A DNA stretch of 64,000 bases, from assembly GCF_009914755.1 (NCBI RefSeq), contig NC_060945.1; one strand, written 5' to 3'. The stretch's first letter is position 1, and the number at the start of each line of letters is the position of its first letter. A model generated the notes under the pieces. The model was not told the DNA's origin and ran no database searches. It was given only the letters and a program-made list of their open reading frames with translations. This document shows, in pieces, positions 42,011 through 57,357 of the stretch. This DNA is from the human T2T-CHM13v2.0 reference genome, Homo sapiens. The position numbers and the translations under genes were made by a program.

Positions 42011-43439
42011 TAATTACATTTTTCTATTTTAATAATAGTTTTATTTTTCATCTGTGACAGGTACATATAAATGCAACAAATTTGCTTGTTAGATCTTATT
42101 ACTCAGACTCCTTTCCAGATTCCTAATTGTTTCTAATTATTTACTTATAGATTATTTTTAATTTTTATGTGAATGATTATAACATCTATGAAATATGTAT
42201 AAGTATCAGGTATTCCTTTTCACTCATTTCATAACTTTTTCATGTCTTGTGCTTGCAGTGGTATCCCAGAAAATGTTCCATAGATGTGAAAATGACAAAC
42301 ACACTTACATATATAGGCAGTATCAACAGAATTCCTGCAATATTTCACCATTAAATGTGATGTTTTTGTCATTATTGCTTTTGTTATTGTTGTTTTTTGT
42401 AGCCACAACTTATGATATTGACTGAATTCCTTTCTAATTCTAGTTTCTAAAAATTTTACCATAATTAAGATATTTTACTTTTACATGACTTTTTGGCATC
42501 TATTGAGGTAATCATTAGATTTTTCTCCATTAACTTATAAATATTATGAATCATACTACTTTTTTTAATGTACAAACCTTGCATTTCTGGAACTATCCCA
42601 TTTGGTCATAATATTATCTTTTGAAATACATTTTTAGATTTTATTAGCTAATATATTCAGAGGCATTAATTTTGTGGCATTAATTTTGATGAGTCTGTAC
42701 AAAGTGCTTTTAATTTTTTCTCAAGTTCTGTTTTTCTTGTATAGAGTTAAAAGTTATGCTAACATAAAATGAGTTGGAGAATTTTATTTCTTTTTTTTGG
42801 GGGGGGTTAATTTTGTGAATTTAGAGCTACTTAAGTCTTTAATGCTTAACAGAACTGCATGGTAAGATTATCTGGCTATGGAATTGTTCCTTATGGGTGA
42901 TTTGTGATTGCTGATACAAAGTATTTAATCTTATAAGATAATTAAGAGTTTTTATGTCGTCTTTGTTTAGAAAAAGTTGTGATTTTTACATACATAAACA
43001 ACAGTCAAATCTACTGACATAAACGTATTATTTCTTTTTATTTACCTTTTAAATATCTACACCATTTATAATTATGACATACATAAGCTCTCAGTATTTT
43101 CTATTTCTAATATTGTTTATTTATGTTGTCTTTTTAGTGTGATTTAAATCATTTTTAAAATGTTTTTTCATTTCTTTTTTGGTTTTCCAAGATCCAACTT
43201 TTGTTTCTTGATCTCTTCTACTGTATTTTTAATATCTTTTGTTTTAATTCTAGGGTATAACTTTAATATTTACATATTTATATTTATTCCAAAGATCATT
43301 TTATTGTTATTTGTCTAACTAGTACAGTGGATCTTTTGATCATTAATTTTTAGTTTTCCTTTCTTCCTACCATAAGTAATTAGGATTAAAAATGTACTTT
43401 ACTGTTATAAGTAGAGAAAGCTAGAAGCAAGTTCAATTG

Positions 43440-43809
43440 GATTTTTTAAATTTAGCCAAAAGCTGCTTCCTTATATATGTTTGGCCTAAAGATTTCTCCA
43501 TACATAGTGAACTGTAACTCAACCTAATGTATAAAAAGACTGTAACCTACTGTTGTGTCAGTCACAGAGTTTCAGGCAATCAAAGGTGGCCAACTGTTCT
43601 AACTGCCAAGCTGTAACCAATCCAGCTGTTTCTGCACCTCACTTCCATTTTCTGTGCATCACTTTCCTTTTTCTGTCCATAAATCAACCCTGCAGCAGGG
43701 TTGCAGCCTCTCTGAACCTGTTCTGGTTCAGGGGCTGCCCAATTTGTAAATCATATTTTGTTCAATTAAACTCTGCTAAATTAGTTTGTCTAAGGTTTTT
43801 CTTTTTACA
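43440..43809 (+). mobile_element. MER57-family solo LTR
   Basis: TTTAGCCAAAAGCTGCTTCCTTA..TTGGCCTAAAG..GCTGTAACCAATCCAGCTGTTTCTG..CAATTAAACTCTG..ACA. Confidence 0.75.
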
Positions 43810-44080
43810 GATTGGAGGAACAAGGTAGCAGAGGCCTGATAATAAAGGGCTTTGTGGTCATTAAAAATTCATAATTTACCCAAGATGGTGACAAGTCAGG
43901 AAAAGGTTCATCAGAGAAATTATATGAGCAGATCTGTGTTTTTGAAAGATCATTATGGTTTAATATTGAGAGAAGAATGAAGGATCTAAACTGGAAGTAA
44001 AAAATTCAATGTTTCAGAAGATAGTAACCTAGAATATTGAGCGTGTCTGGAAGGTGGAAAAAACTACATGTTGGACATTA

Positions 44081-44440
<360 letters not shown>

Positions 44441-44899
44441 GGACTATAATTTAGTGATTGGCTGGAAGTTGGTCTGAGAATGAGAAAAGAAAATTGCTAA
44501 CTCCCATAATCCTGACTGGACAACTATTTGTATTGCATTGTGAGGCCATGCACTGAAGGCATAGAAACACAGGAAAAATGTGAAAAATGTTGTGGTGAAA
44601 AGATGGTGCATCCTGTGTAGGAAGATGTTTGAGTTTTAGGTTACTGTAAATTATGGAAATGCAATAAGCATTTGGCAATGTTGGCAGAGAGGTAGGAAAG
44701 TAACCACTGGCTATACATTTAGATTCTAAAGTAATGAAAGTGGAAATCTTCAGAATAATAAGAAGAGATTAGCATTAAGCTCTGAGGGATATCAATGAAG
44801 GTAAGAGCTGAAGAAGAGAGTTTGCAGAGGGCAGTGAAATAGAGTTACTCAATACAAGATAAAGACCAGGACAGTGTGGAGCCATGAGAACAAAGGTAG

Positions 44900-47190
44900 T
44901 GATATGGTTTGGCTCTGTGTCCTCACACAAATCTCATCCTGTAGCTCCCATAATTCCCATGTGTTGTGGGAGAGACCAGTGGGAGATGATTGAATCATGA
45001 AGAGGAGTCTTTCCCATTCTGTTCTCATGATAGTGAATGGATTTTACGAGATCTTATGGTTTTAAAAACGGTAGTTTCCCTGCACAAGCTCTCTTTTTGC
45101 CTGCCACAATCCATTCAAGATATGACTTGCTCCTCCTTCCCTTCTGCCATGATTGTGAGGCTTCCCCAGCCACGTGGAGCTGGGAGTTCCCCATTAAACC
45201 CCTTTCCTTTGTAAATTGTCCAGTCTTGAGTATGTCTTTATTGGCAGTATGAAAATGAACTAATACAGTAAATTGGTACCAGTAGAATGGGGCACTATTG
45301 AAAAGATACCTGAAAATGTGGAAGTGACTTTGGAACTGAGTAACAGGCAGAGGCTGGAACAGTTTGGAGGGCTCAGAAGAAGACAGAAAAATGTGGGAAA
45401 GTTTGGGACTTCCTAGAGACTTGTAGAATGGCTTTGCCCAAAATGCTGATAGTGATACGGACAATAAAGTCCAGGATGAGGTGGTCTCAAATGAAGATGA
45501 GAAACGTGTTGGGAACTGGAGTAAAAGTGACTCTTGTGATGTTGTAGCAAAGAGACTGGCAGCATTTTGCCCCAGCCCTAAAGATTTGTGGAACTTTGAA
45601 CTTGAGAGAGATGATTTAGGGAATCTGGGGGAAGAAATTTCTAAGCAGCAAAGCATTCAAGAGGTGACTTGGGTGCTGCCAAAGGCATTCGGTTTTATAA
45701 GGGAAGCAGAACATAAAGTTCAGAAAATTGGCAACCTGACAATGCAATAGAAAGGAAAATTCTATTTTCTGAGAAGAAATTCAAGCTGGCTGCAGAGGAG
45801 CGGAATGTTAATCTCCAAGACAATGGGAAAAATGTCTCCAGGGCATGTCAGAGGTCTTCATGGCACCCCATCCTATCAAAGGTCTGGAGGCCTAGGAGGA
45901 AAAAGTGATTTCAGAGGCCAGGCCCTGGGTCCCCATGCTGTGTTCAGCCTAGGGACTTGGTGCTCTCCATCCCAGCTGCTCCAGCTGTGGCTGAAAGGGG
46001 CCAACCTAGAGCTCAGGCCATGGCTTCAGAGGGTGGAGGCCCCAAGCCTTGGCAGCTTCCACGTGGTGTTGAGCCTGCCAGTACACAGAAGTCAAGAATT
46101 GGGTTTGGGAACCTCTGCCTAGATTTCAGATGTATGGAAATGCCTGGATACCCAGGCAGAGGTTTGCTGCAGGGATGAGGCCCTCATGGAGAATCTCTGC
46201 TATGGCAGTGAGAAAGGGAAATGTGGGATTGGAGCCCCCACACAGAGTCCCTAATGGGGCACCACCTAGTGGATCTGTGAGAAGAGCGCCACCCTCCTCC
46301 AGACCACAGGATGATAGATCCACCGACAGCTTGCATCGTGCATGTGCCTGAAAAAGCCGCGGACATTCAATGCCAGCCCATGAAAGCAGCTTGAAGGGAG
46401 GCTGTACCCTGCAAAGCCACAGGGGCAGAGCTGCCCAAGACTATGGAAACCCACCTCTTGCATCAGCATGACCTGAATGTGAGACATGGAGTCAGAGGAG
46501 ATTACTTTGGAGCTTTAAAATTTGACTGCCCCACTGGATTTCAGACTTGCGTGGGGACTGTAGCCCCTTTGTTTTGGCCAATTTCTCCCATTTGGAATGG
46601 CTGTGTTTATCCAATGCCTGTACCTCCATTGTATCTAGGAAGTAACTAACTTGCTTTTGATTTTACAGGCTCATAGGTGGAAGCGGCTTGTCTTGTCTCA
46701 GATGAGACTTTGCACTTTTGAGTTAATGCTGAAATAAGTTGAGACTTTTGGGGACTGTTGGGAAGGCACAATTGGTTTTGAAATGTGAAGATATGAGATT
46801 TGGAAAGGGTTAGGAGCAGAATGATATGGTTTGGCTCTGTGTCCCCAACCAAATCTCATCTTGTAGCACCCATACTTCCCACATGCTGTGAGAGGGACCC
46901 AGTGGGAGATGATTGAATCATGGGGGCGGGTCTTTCCTGTGCTGCTCTCATGATAGTGAATGTGTCTCATGAATCCAGTGGTTTTTACAAAGGGGTTTTC
47001 TCTGCACAGGCTTTCTGTTTTTCCTGCCGCTATCCAAGTCAGATGCAACTTGCTCCTCCTTCCCTTCTGCCATGATTGTGAGGCTTCCCCAGCCATGTGG
47101 AACTGTGAGTTCTCCATTAAACCTCTTTCCTTTTTAAATTGCCCAGTCTCAGGTATGTCTTCATCAGCAGTGTGAAAACAGACTAATACA
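44900..47190 (+). mobile_element. THE1A-like full MaLR (LTR-int-LTR)
   Basis: LTRs at 44900-45267 and 46822-47190 (TGATATGGTTTGGCTCTGTG...CTAATACA); internal region starts GTAAATTGGTACCAGTAG. Confidence 0.92.
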
Positions 47191-48468
47191 GGCATCTGTG
47201 TTTTCAGAAAGATAAAGTGGCAAATAGTATTAACTACTGCAATAATTTGAACAATATTCAGTATATAATGTTTATAAAACACAGTGACATTGGCATTCTA
47301 TTTGAATATTTTGAAAGTAATTTCAGTGGAATAAGTAAGAATCTTCATGGGAATTGGATAAGAAGTGAATAAAGCTAAGAAAATGGAAATAACTACTATG
47401 AGCATCATTTTCAAAGACGTAGGCTTTGAGGAAAATGGGAGACCCATGGCAATCGACGGAAGAGAGTTTGGTGGTAAGAGAGGGCAGTTTCAGAGATATT
47501 TGAAAATTTTTGAATACTCATGGAAATAAGTTTTAGAAATGGGAAATACTGAAGACACTGGAAAGGAGAAAAATAATGAATTGAGTCGCTTTTGAGATGG
47601 CAGTAGATCAGATATAGAAACTGAGTGGAGGAAAAACCTTGTACATGATGTAAGTTCATTCATCAGGTATTGGTTTTGTTTATGTGAAGAGAAGAGCATT
47701 TCTTCCCAGTTATTTAAGCCCTTTCTGGTGAAGGCAAAGTCATCTCCCAATAGTATTGAAGAAGTTTGAAAATTTTGAATCATACGGTGAGTGTAGAATA
47801 AAGAGTTATTGAGAACTAGAGAGTACTGATTGGAAAAAATACAGTAGGGTTGATAAGAAATACTGAGGGTCTGCTTGAAGTTGGTGACAATGAATTTAAT
47901 CTAAATGACTTAGTGTTTGTCTCTAGCACCACTCAACATCTTAAGTGTGTCCACAAAGATAAAAATAATTGGATTAATCCTGTATGAGAAAAATTATTCT
48001 ATTTGGAAGGACATGCTACCTATATTTAGAAAAATAAATATGGGATTTGTCAACGATAGGGATACATAGAAGGACGGTATGTATTGGGGGTGGAAAACTT
48101 GGATCTTGAGTACAATTAACCACATAAATTGTAAGAAATGATGTTATGGTCAGTCAGTTTCTATTAATTTGTCATTTAAAAAGTGGATCTGTTGAAGACA
48201 AGAAGCTTCATGTTGAGCTAAAGGTGTAGAAGTATAAAAGAAAATAGAAAATATTGCCATTGCAAACATTAAATCAAAGCATTGAAATTTAGTGAATTAG
48301 AACCATTTCTAAGTACATTAACATTAAATTCACTGGAGGTTTTAGACCAGCTTTGAATACTGAGTAATCTGGTTAGGCAAGTACCATAGTCTTCAATACA
48401 TACATGGGGATGCCAAAAAGATGAGTAGCCAGAAACAGAGAAGTTGTCAATATTAGTACACCAAATAG

Positions 48469-48757
<289 letters not shown>

Positions 48758-49338
48758 GAGTTTACTTTTAAAAAATGGAGTGTGACACGAAATGGTGAAA
48801 TTTGGAAGCAACCGTTCAGAGTGAGGCAGATAACTTTGAGGTTGATGAGATATGGAAAAATGAACAACCTTTATTTTGATACTCTGGTAGGATTAGAAAG
48901 AACTGACGAAAAATAATACATATTTTAAAGAAGTTCATATTTATAAGAGATAACTGCTAAATATTTTACTGATATTAGGGAATGTATTAGTTATGATGTG
49001 AGAATTCCACAGGAAACAAACATAGATTTAGTAATGAGAGGAAGAGTAAATGTGTTCCGGATAGATCAACACAGAGCAAAGTTGAGATGTGAGTATGAGA
49101 GATGTATGAGGTACTGAGATGTTAAAGAAGACCAAACCAAGAGGTTCCAGGCAGAGTAAGAATGGAGATCCTGAGGTTATTCAGATAAGCATACTTGGTA
49201 TTACTACTTCCCACTATTAAATAGTTGAGGTAAGTGGGTTAATAGGACTGTTAGTGCCAGCCCCTAGGTGGCATAGGAGTACCTTGGAATAGAAAGGGTT
49301 GCTGTAGTTAAAGCTTTGGTTATATGGTGGCTGAATAA

Positions 49339-49783
<445 letters not shown>

Positions 49784-51023
49784 TAAAATTCCTGATTGTT
49801 CACTGATAACAGGTTACTAAAAAGTTAGTTTCATTCTATGATTGGTTTGATGGTTTGACTCTTTCCAGGGAGCAATGATTTTGTTGAACACTCTTTGTCA
49901 GGTAGCTGCAATTGAAATAAATGCTTTTTAGGCATGAAGGTAATTTGAAAAGGCAAAGACATAATTTGAATACACATGTTAGGTGATTAAGCATGATTTT
50001 CATTGATGCAGTTGGTGGTATGAGCAGGATAAATAAATAGCAGATATAATATTATAAGGCCAAGACTTCTATAGGGAGGAGGCAGTCTCCTAGAATAAGA
50101 AGGTGAGGAACAACTTCTGACAGCATATGACTTTAGCTTGTCATTGAAATATTTGAGAAATGGATAGAAAGAGTCCCAAAAGGCAGACCTTTCATAAAGG
50201 ACATAATATAAGGAAAGACATTTTAATATCAGATAAATATGTAATCACAAATCAAGTGTTCCTTTAAATTGCAAAATCTTCATCATTCTTTTACTTGTCA
50301 TTATATTAAGGACTTTAACTTTGAATTACTAACCCTAACTCATCCAAATATTCCTATATACACAGGTAAACTTATTTCATTCTATTTCAATATGCCTAAA
50401 AGTAAATATTCAAACAAGTGAGCCAAAAAAAGAACAGAAAAAAAAAAAAGCTTTGATAATGATAGTTGAGCATTTTTCAATATAGGATATTATGTGGTAT
50501 CTGGGGAAGAAAATAAATTGTTGAAGTTTATAACATGTATTCTTAGCTAGTGGGAAAAATAAAATATATTAATATGTAATTTGCCTCTGTTTCTACAATA
50601 TATTTTTGTGTCAAAAGGTTGCTTTTTCAAATTATAATTATTGTTTTACCAATGTCCAAAATTGCCCACAGAGTAAGATACATTTATTTACAAAGCCAAC
50701 TTCTACATGAGAAATTGGTATTTATTTGAGCAACCCAGTGCATTAAGTGGAAAAAGTGTGCTTAAAGCTGGAGACTGTTATATGTTATTTAATGGAACAA
50801 ACACAGAGAAGTTATTATCATAGCAATTTACTTCCTTCAGGGCTTAGTAATTTGAAAGAAGATAAATGCATTTAGTAGTAGTGAAGGGGCTTAGAGAATA
50901 ATGAAAAAAGATTATTAAAAGGTCAAAGAGCAACAATGTTAGAAACATTATAATGATGAAGTAAATGAAAGAGTGAACAAACATACATATTTATTATATA
51001 AAAATAAAACTTATTTTGAAGAA

Positions 51024-51694
51024 TGTCAAGGTCATAAATTTTATAAGGACAGCTTTATTTCTCATAAATGGCTGCAGCCTGCAGGGTGGCCATTCAGACA
51101 GGCTGGAAAGCACAGCCTTGGCTGGAAGCCAGTAACAGACACTTTGAGGGAGGGGCAAAGAGAATAGTAATTTATACTGAGCAAGTTTGCCAAATATACT
51201 TATTCAATAAGCTACAGGAGGAATTGTGAATATTTATGAAAAGAGATCTCTGCCCATGTGCAGTTCAGCTTCATACTCCTTCATGGTTCCCATGTACAAA
51301 AAACGGTGGCATTGGCATGATCTGTGGGTAGAGGTGTTGGATGTTTTGATATCAAAAGGTGAAGCAGAGGACACAAAAACCCTTACTGTGCATTCTCTCT
51401 AGACTGGCCAGAACCACTCTGTGGTTGGTAGTCTCTTATTAGACAAAAATAGAGGGGTGTCAGGTGGTTGATTGACGTTAGTGGTAGAGTCTTTTGAAAG
51501 GCCTGGTTTTTGTCAAGCACATAGGGAGAAAAACCTACTCATGGTTAGCAAGGGAAGGGGTTTAATGAAGTATGACTGACACCCATCCTATTGTAGCCAA
51601 GAATTCAGTTTTCAGGGTTACTCTGGGTTCCTCTTTGCAATGAGATAATCTGTTCAGTCAGTTGGGAGGCTTGGAATTTAATTTTTAGTTTACA
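51024..51694 (-). mobile_element. MER39-family solo LTR
   Basis: Minus strand starts TGTAAACTAAAAATTAAATTCCAAGCCTCCCAACTGACTGAAC; AATAAA near the left end. Confidence 0.75.
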
Positions 51695-51767
51695 TTCTAT
51701 GGTCAAATATGTGGACCCTTAGATTTTCAAGGTATGTCCTCATTTGAATGATGCACATTAATAGAAC

Positions 51768-52274
51768 TGTGGGATATGATGAGGTTTCTCTTCAAATAAC
51801 CCAATCAATCTTTTATTCTTTAATTCATAGTCCCTCCCACCGTTTTCCCTTTTTCTCCTTTTTTTCCTTTTTGCCTTTGTTAGATGCCCAGGCACGCCAC
51901 AGTACCAGGCATTATCAGTACCAGCTCACGTTCCTTTCCTTATTTAGAAAGAAAACTAACTTTCTAGCTCATTACAGACATCCCTTCCCCTTTCCTCTCT
52001 GCTTTCATTTACGTGCCCAACTTATCTAAAAAAAATCAAATGTTTAGCCAACCAGAATTAGTTTAGATTGTATGACCTGACCCCAGCCAATGGGGAAAGG
52101 GTACAGGGGCAGGACTTGCATCAGGAATAAAGGCTCTCGTGCCCATTTCTTCAGGTATGCTGTCCTGGCAACTGGCCAAGGAGGCACCCCTCTGCGCAAA
52201 AGTAAAATTGCTTTGCTAAGAATCCTTTGTTCGAGTGTTCAGTTTCCTTAAGATTTTGAGCGTTATTCCTAACA
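51768..52274 (+). mobile_element. LTR10-family (HERV-I group) solo LTR
   Basis: TGTGGGATATGATGAGGTTTCTCTTCAAATAACC...TTCCTAACA; TSD GAAC at 51764-51767 and 52275-52278. Confidence 0.78.
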
Positions 52275-53203
52275 GAACCATCAAAAGTACGTGGGAACTG
52301 AGGGCATTAATTTGGGAAAAGAACGAGAAGATAGGGAGGAGAACAGTCACACCATAGGAAAAAAAATATGATCCTAGGGAAGTGCTGAACTTGACATAGT
52401 GATGGTCATACTGTTTCTGGATCACTATAGATTCTCCTTGACCTGAAAAAGATCTTTTTAGAGGCTACTTTCTTGGTCCCATGTTTGATTTGATATAGTT
52501 TCAGCTCAACGCATGCTCCAAGAAAGAAGTCAAAAGCAAATATTTGAGAAAAAATAGCTATTTTTAATAAAATTTGAAGATAGCTATACCAATATCAATT
52601 GATTGAATACCAATAACATAGAATAATAACTAACATTGCAGATTAAAGTCAAACCTTTATACCCACAAAGAGGTGATTCACAGAATGCAAGTTAAGTTTC
52701 CTCAATAAAATTTCAAGCACATTGTCATAAACTTTAACAATACTTGAGATAAAGATGGAGTTTTAAAGACAGAGAAAGAGAGGGAAAACATGAATTATGT
52801 AAGTTTTGGAATAAAATTGGCATCAGACTTCTCAATAGCAGCTGGGAGGCAATGGAGCAATGGCTACTGCCATTATGAGGAGAAAATGTCCAACCTGAGT
52901 TTGATAAACAGTTAAAATATAACACCGTTGTGGAAGAGAAGATAAAGACATTTTCAAATGTGATGTTTAAAATAATTTTCTCCCAATGCACTCAAACTGA
53001 GAAAAATAGAAAAGGGTGTGTTTAACCAAAAGAAGGACCAAATTTAAAAAGAAAAAAGAACAAGATGGAGGACACAGGGTATCTCACACAGGAAGGGAAT
53101 GACAGAAAATCACAAAAGTAAAGAAAAATCCCAGGGTGGCAGTTATCAAGAAAGCAGTGACTTCTTGAGCTGGGAAATGGAGGGAACAAAACAGTGTATA
53201 TGC

Positions 53204-53660
53204 ATATGTCTATAGTAGCACAACTCACAAATGCAAAGATTTGGAACCATCCTAAATGCCTATCAACTAATGAGTGGATAAAGAACATGTGGTAGACATA
53301 CACCATGGAATACTACTCAGCCATTAAAAGGAATGAAATGTCTTTTGCAACAACTTGAATGGAGCTGGGGGCCATTATTCTAATTGAAGTAACACAGGAG
53401 TGGAAAACCAAAACCCATAAGTTCTCACTTATACATGGGGACTAAGTTATGAGTACAGAAAGGCATGCAGAGTGATATAATGGACTTTCGAGTCTCAGAA
53501 TGGGGAGGGTGAGAGAGGTACTAGTAATAAAAAACTACACGGTGTGTACAAGGTATACCACTTGGGTGATGGGTGCACTGAAACCTCAGAATTCACCATT
53601 ATGTAATTCATCTATGTAACCAAAAACCACTTGTACCCCAAAAGCTATGGAAATTTTTTT
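53204..53660 (+). mobile_element. L1PB 3' end
   Basis: TGGAATACTACTCAGCCATTAAAAGGAATGAAAT...AACCAAAAACCACTTGTACCCCAAAAGCTATGGAAA; degenerate TSD CAGT(G/A)TATATG. Confidence 0.85.
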
Positions 53661-54987
53661 AAAGGCAGTATATATGAAAGAATTGGCTCCTGAAAAACTG
53701 TATTGAGATGCTTGAGGATACATGGTAAAATATTTATTTACAAAGATAAAGGCAATCAAGTAGATGAAAAACATGGGTCTACTATCAGTGCTAGGAAGAA
53801 AAGTTGTACGAAGAAATAATAAAATGACATGGCCAGGGCAATGGCCAAAGTTTCACACTTACAAAAATGACACCTTGTATTGGAGAAGCAAATCTCATGA
53901 TGTATAACCACTTCATCCATCTGTTTAGTTTATCTGTAATAATTTCCATAAATTTGTTCTTTGGGAGAAGTTCTTCCCCGACTTCAAAGTGAAAAGTTAA
54001 CGAATCCCAGAATTGTTCAGGTCATGGTAAAAATAATAATAATAATAATTCTTATAATTCCAAAATCCTTCCTCCACCTTGATTCTCTTGATTTCTGTGC
54101 AATCTACTTGTGGGTTTTAGATCATTCTAGCAACTTCTGACACACCAACTTTTACATTTTTGCATTAATTTTTGTCAGCTCACTATAACATTTCATGTTA
54201 ATATTATGCTGGTTTCTTAATAAGTATTTCCAACTTAACATCGTGCTACAAATATAAATGCAGGTTTTTAATTAAACAACAGTTTTTACTGTGATATCAC
54301 TACATTAAAGAGACCCCTTGCCCCACAGTTGCCTTCTGTTTTATATAAAAAAAATAGATATCTATGACATGACTGCTGGTTCTTCTATTCTTGCTATCCT
54401 CTGTTGCCTATACCTACCTTCCTTTGACCTGGAAATTGCCTTTCTTTCCATACAACATTATTTCTCCTACATACAAGTGTCCCACTCACACCTCCCAAAT
54501 ATAAAGACATGTGGCAATACCCTCCATCTTAAAACAATAAAAATAAAAGAAATTTTTCCTCAAACTACGTTCTTCTCCATCGACTGTCTTATTTCTTCTT
54601 TTCACTGAAAACTTCATAAAAATCGATGGTCTCCACTCCTCTCATTCTATCCTCTCACTATTAACCCACTAGAGTAAAGCCTTTATCTCCATCACTCATG
54701 AGAAATTGTCTTATCAATGCTTCAGATGTCTTTCACATTGCCAGGTTAAATTCTTTGTATCTTCGCTGATCTATAAGTAACTTATGACATAGTACATCTC
54801 TCTCTTCTTGCCTTGATCCTCCCGATATCACTGTTACTCAGATTTTCTACTAATACAATGGTCATTCTGTTCACTCTTTTGCTGGATTATTATCATCTGT
54901 CATAACACAATTTTTTAGAATGTCTCAGAGATTAGCTCTGAGCCCTTCCTCTCTTTATTTCACTTGTTAGGTGGTGATATCTAACAG

Positions 54988-55025
54988 TACACACACACAT
55001 GCATGCACACACACACACACACACA
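54988..55025. repeat. Interrupted (CA)n microsatellite
   Basis: Direct read. Confidence 0.9.
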
Positions 55026-56040
55026 ATCTCTTATAACTTCCCTCTTCTGAATATTGGACCTAAAAAATCCAACTGCGTACTTGAACGTCTATGATTATAT
55101 GAAAATTAACATGTCTAAAATAAAATTACCCTTCCCCCAGTAGCTCTTCCCATTTATGTCAATTTCAGTATCTGAAGAACATTTACTCTAAGTATTAAGG
55201 GGATCTTTTTATGCTCTCTTCTTAAGCATTTTCCAAATATGACGTAGTGACCCCGTCCTTCACTAATGCCACCCTGGGTCAACCTCCGAGCATCTCTCAA
55301 CTAAAAAAATTTAGTGGCCTCTTAACTGGTCTTTCTGCCATCCCCTTTAAGACAAAATGAATAGTAAATATATTAAATAAGTACATTACACACTTGGTTA
55401 CAACCCAATTGTTGCTACAGAAAAAGAAAAAGAAAAAATGAATAAAGAAAGTAAAAAGGATTGTGAATGCCAGATTGTGTATGGGCGTATTTTAGTAAAG
55501 TGGCAATAGAAAGTGGTCAAGATAGGCATTGACAAGAGAAAGAAGAGTCTTCCAGGCAGTAGCTAGTCCAAGCGGAATAGAGTAAATGAGGAGGAAATTA
55601 CTAGAGGAGAATGTCCAAGGTAAAAGAGGACTCCATTATTTACTGAATTCACTTGTGTGTTAGGCTGTTCTTACATTGCTATAAAGAATTACCTGAGACT
55701 GGGTAATTTATAAAGAAGAGAGGTTTAATTGGCTTATGGTTCTGCAAGTTCCACAGAGAGCATGGTGCTTCCATCTGCTCAGCTTCTAGGAAGACTTCAG
55801 GAAACTTACAATCATGGCAGAAAGCAAAAAAAAGAGCAGGTAGGTCACATGGAGAAAACAGGAGCAAGAGAATGGGGGTGTAGGTGCTACACCCTTCTAA
55901 ACCACCAGATTTCATTAGAACTCATTCACTATCACAAAAACAGCACGAAAGTGATAATGCTAAACCATTCATGAGAAATCTGACCCCATAATCCAAACAC
56001 CTCCCACCAGGCCCCACTTTCAACGTTGGGGATTATAATT

Positions 56041-56594
56041 ACCCCTAGTGACCCACTAGCAAAATTTTTGCTTTCTGTTCCTGTGACATTACGTCCTGCT
56101 GGCCTAGAGGTCTTAGTTCCAGAGGGAGGAACTCTGCCACCAGGAGACACAACAACAATTCCATTAAACTGGAAGTTCAGATTACCACCTGGACACTTTG
56201 GTCTCCTTTTACTTTTACGTCAACAGGCTAGGAAGGGAGTAAAGTGTTGGCTGGGGTAAGTGACCTGGACTGTCAAGATAAAATCAATCTACTACTCCAC
56301 ATTGGAGGTAAGGAAGAGCATGCATGGAATAAAGGAGATCCATTAGGGCGTCTCTTAATATTACCATGCCCTGTGATTAAGGTCAATGGGAAACTACAAC
56401 AGCTCAATCCAGGGAGGACTACAAATGGCCCAGACCCTTCAGAAATGAAGGTTTGTGTGGCTCCACCGGGAAAAAACCCACGACCTGCCAAGGTGCTTGC
56501 TGAAGACAAAGGAAATACAGAATGAGTAGTAGAAGAAGGTAGTCACAAATATGAGCCATGACCATGTGACCAGCTGCAGAAACAAGGACTGTAA
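56041..56594 (+). pseudogene. HERV-L pol C-terminus / dUTPase, frameshifted
   Basis: TPSDPLAKFLL..AGLEVLVPEGGTLPPGDTTTIPLNWKFRLPPGHFG, then LAGVSDLDCQDKINLLLH..GDPLGRLLILPC..; dUTPase-like motifs typical of ERV-L. Confidence 0.88.
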
Positions 56595-56905
56595 TTGTCA
56601 TGAGTGTTTCCTCCTTTTTTGCTGTTAAAAACATGTTTGTGCATGTATACACTTGTACTAAGAAAATATCTTTATTCTATTTCATTTTTTAATCATGTGA
56701 CATAATATTTATTGACTTCATATCGGCATTTAAGTATTCTTAACTTTATGTAATAGCATTTGGGTTGGGGATTGATGCATTTCCGATTGTACAAAAGATA
56801 CTCATATTATGTTAAGTGTAATTATGACCTTATTATTGTCTTTATTTGGAGATTATGTATAATCTCAGGAGATGTATATGGGTTCAAGTTGACCATGGGT
56901 GGACT

Positions 56906-57357
56906 TGTAATGGTTAATACTGAGTGTCAACTTGATTGGATTGAATAATACAAAGTATTGATCCTGGGTGTGTTTGTGAGGGTGTTGTCAAAGGAGATTA
57001 ACATTTGAGTCAGTGGGCTGGGAAAGGAAGACCCACTCTTAATCTGGGTTGGCATGATCTAATCATCTGTCAGCACGACCTGAATATAAAGCAGGCAGAA
57101 AAATGTGAAAAGGCTAGACTGGCTTAGCCTCCCAGCCTACATCTTTCTCCCATGCTGGATGCTTCCTGCCCTCAAACATCAGGCTCCATGTTTTTCAGCT
57201 TTGGGACTCACAGTGGCTTCCTTGCTCCTCAGTTTACAGACAGCCTATTGTGGGACCTTGTGATTGTGTGAGTTAATACTACTTAATAAACTCCCATATG
57301 TAGGTGTGTGTATATGTCTTATTAGTTCTATCCCTCTAGAGAACCCTGACTGATACA
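56906..57357 (+). mobile_element. MLT2A (HERV-L) 3' LTR
   Basis: Follows PPT-like GGGTGGACT; TGTAATGGTTAATACTGAGTGTCAACTTGATTGGATTG...CCCTCTAGAGAACCCTGACTGATACA. Confidence 0.9.

Noticed and set aside
51768-52274. Link between this HERV-I-group LTR and the foreign pol fragment in the HERV-W leader
   Set aside because: It is a solo LTR with its own TSD 45 kb away; the leader fragment is likely a family-wide trait, so the co-occurrence is coincidental
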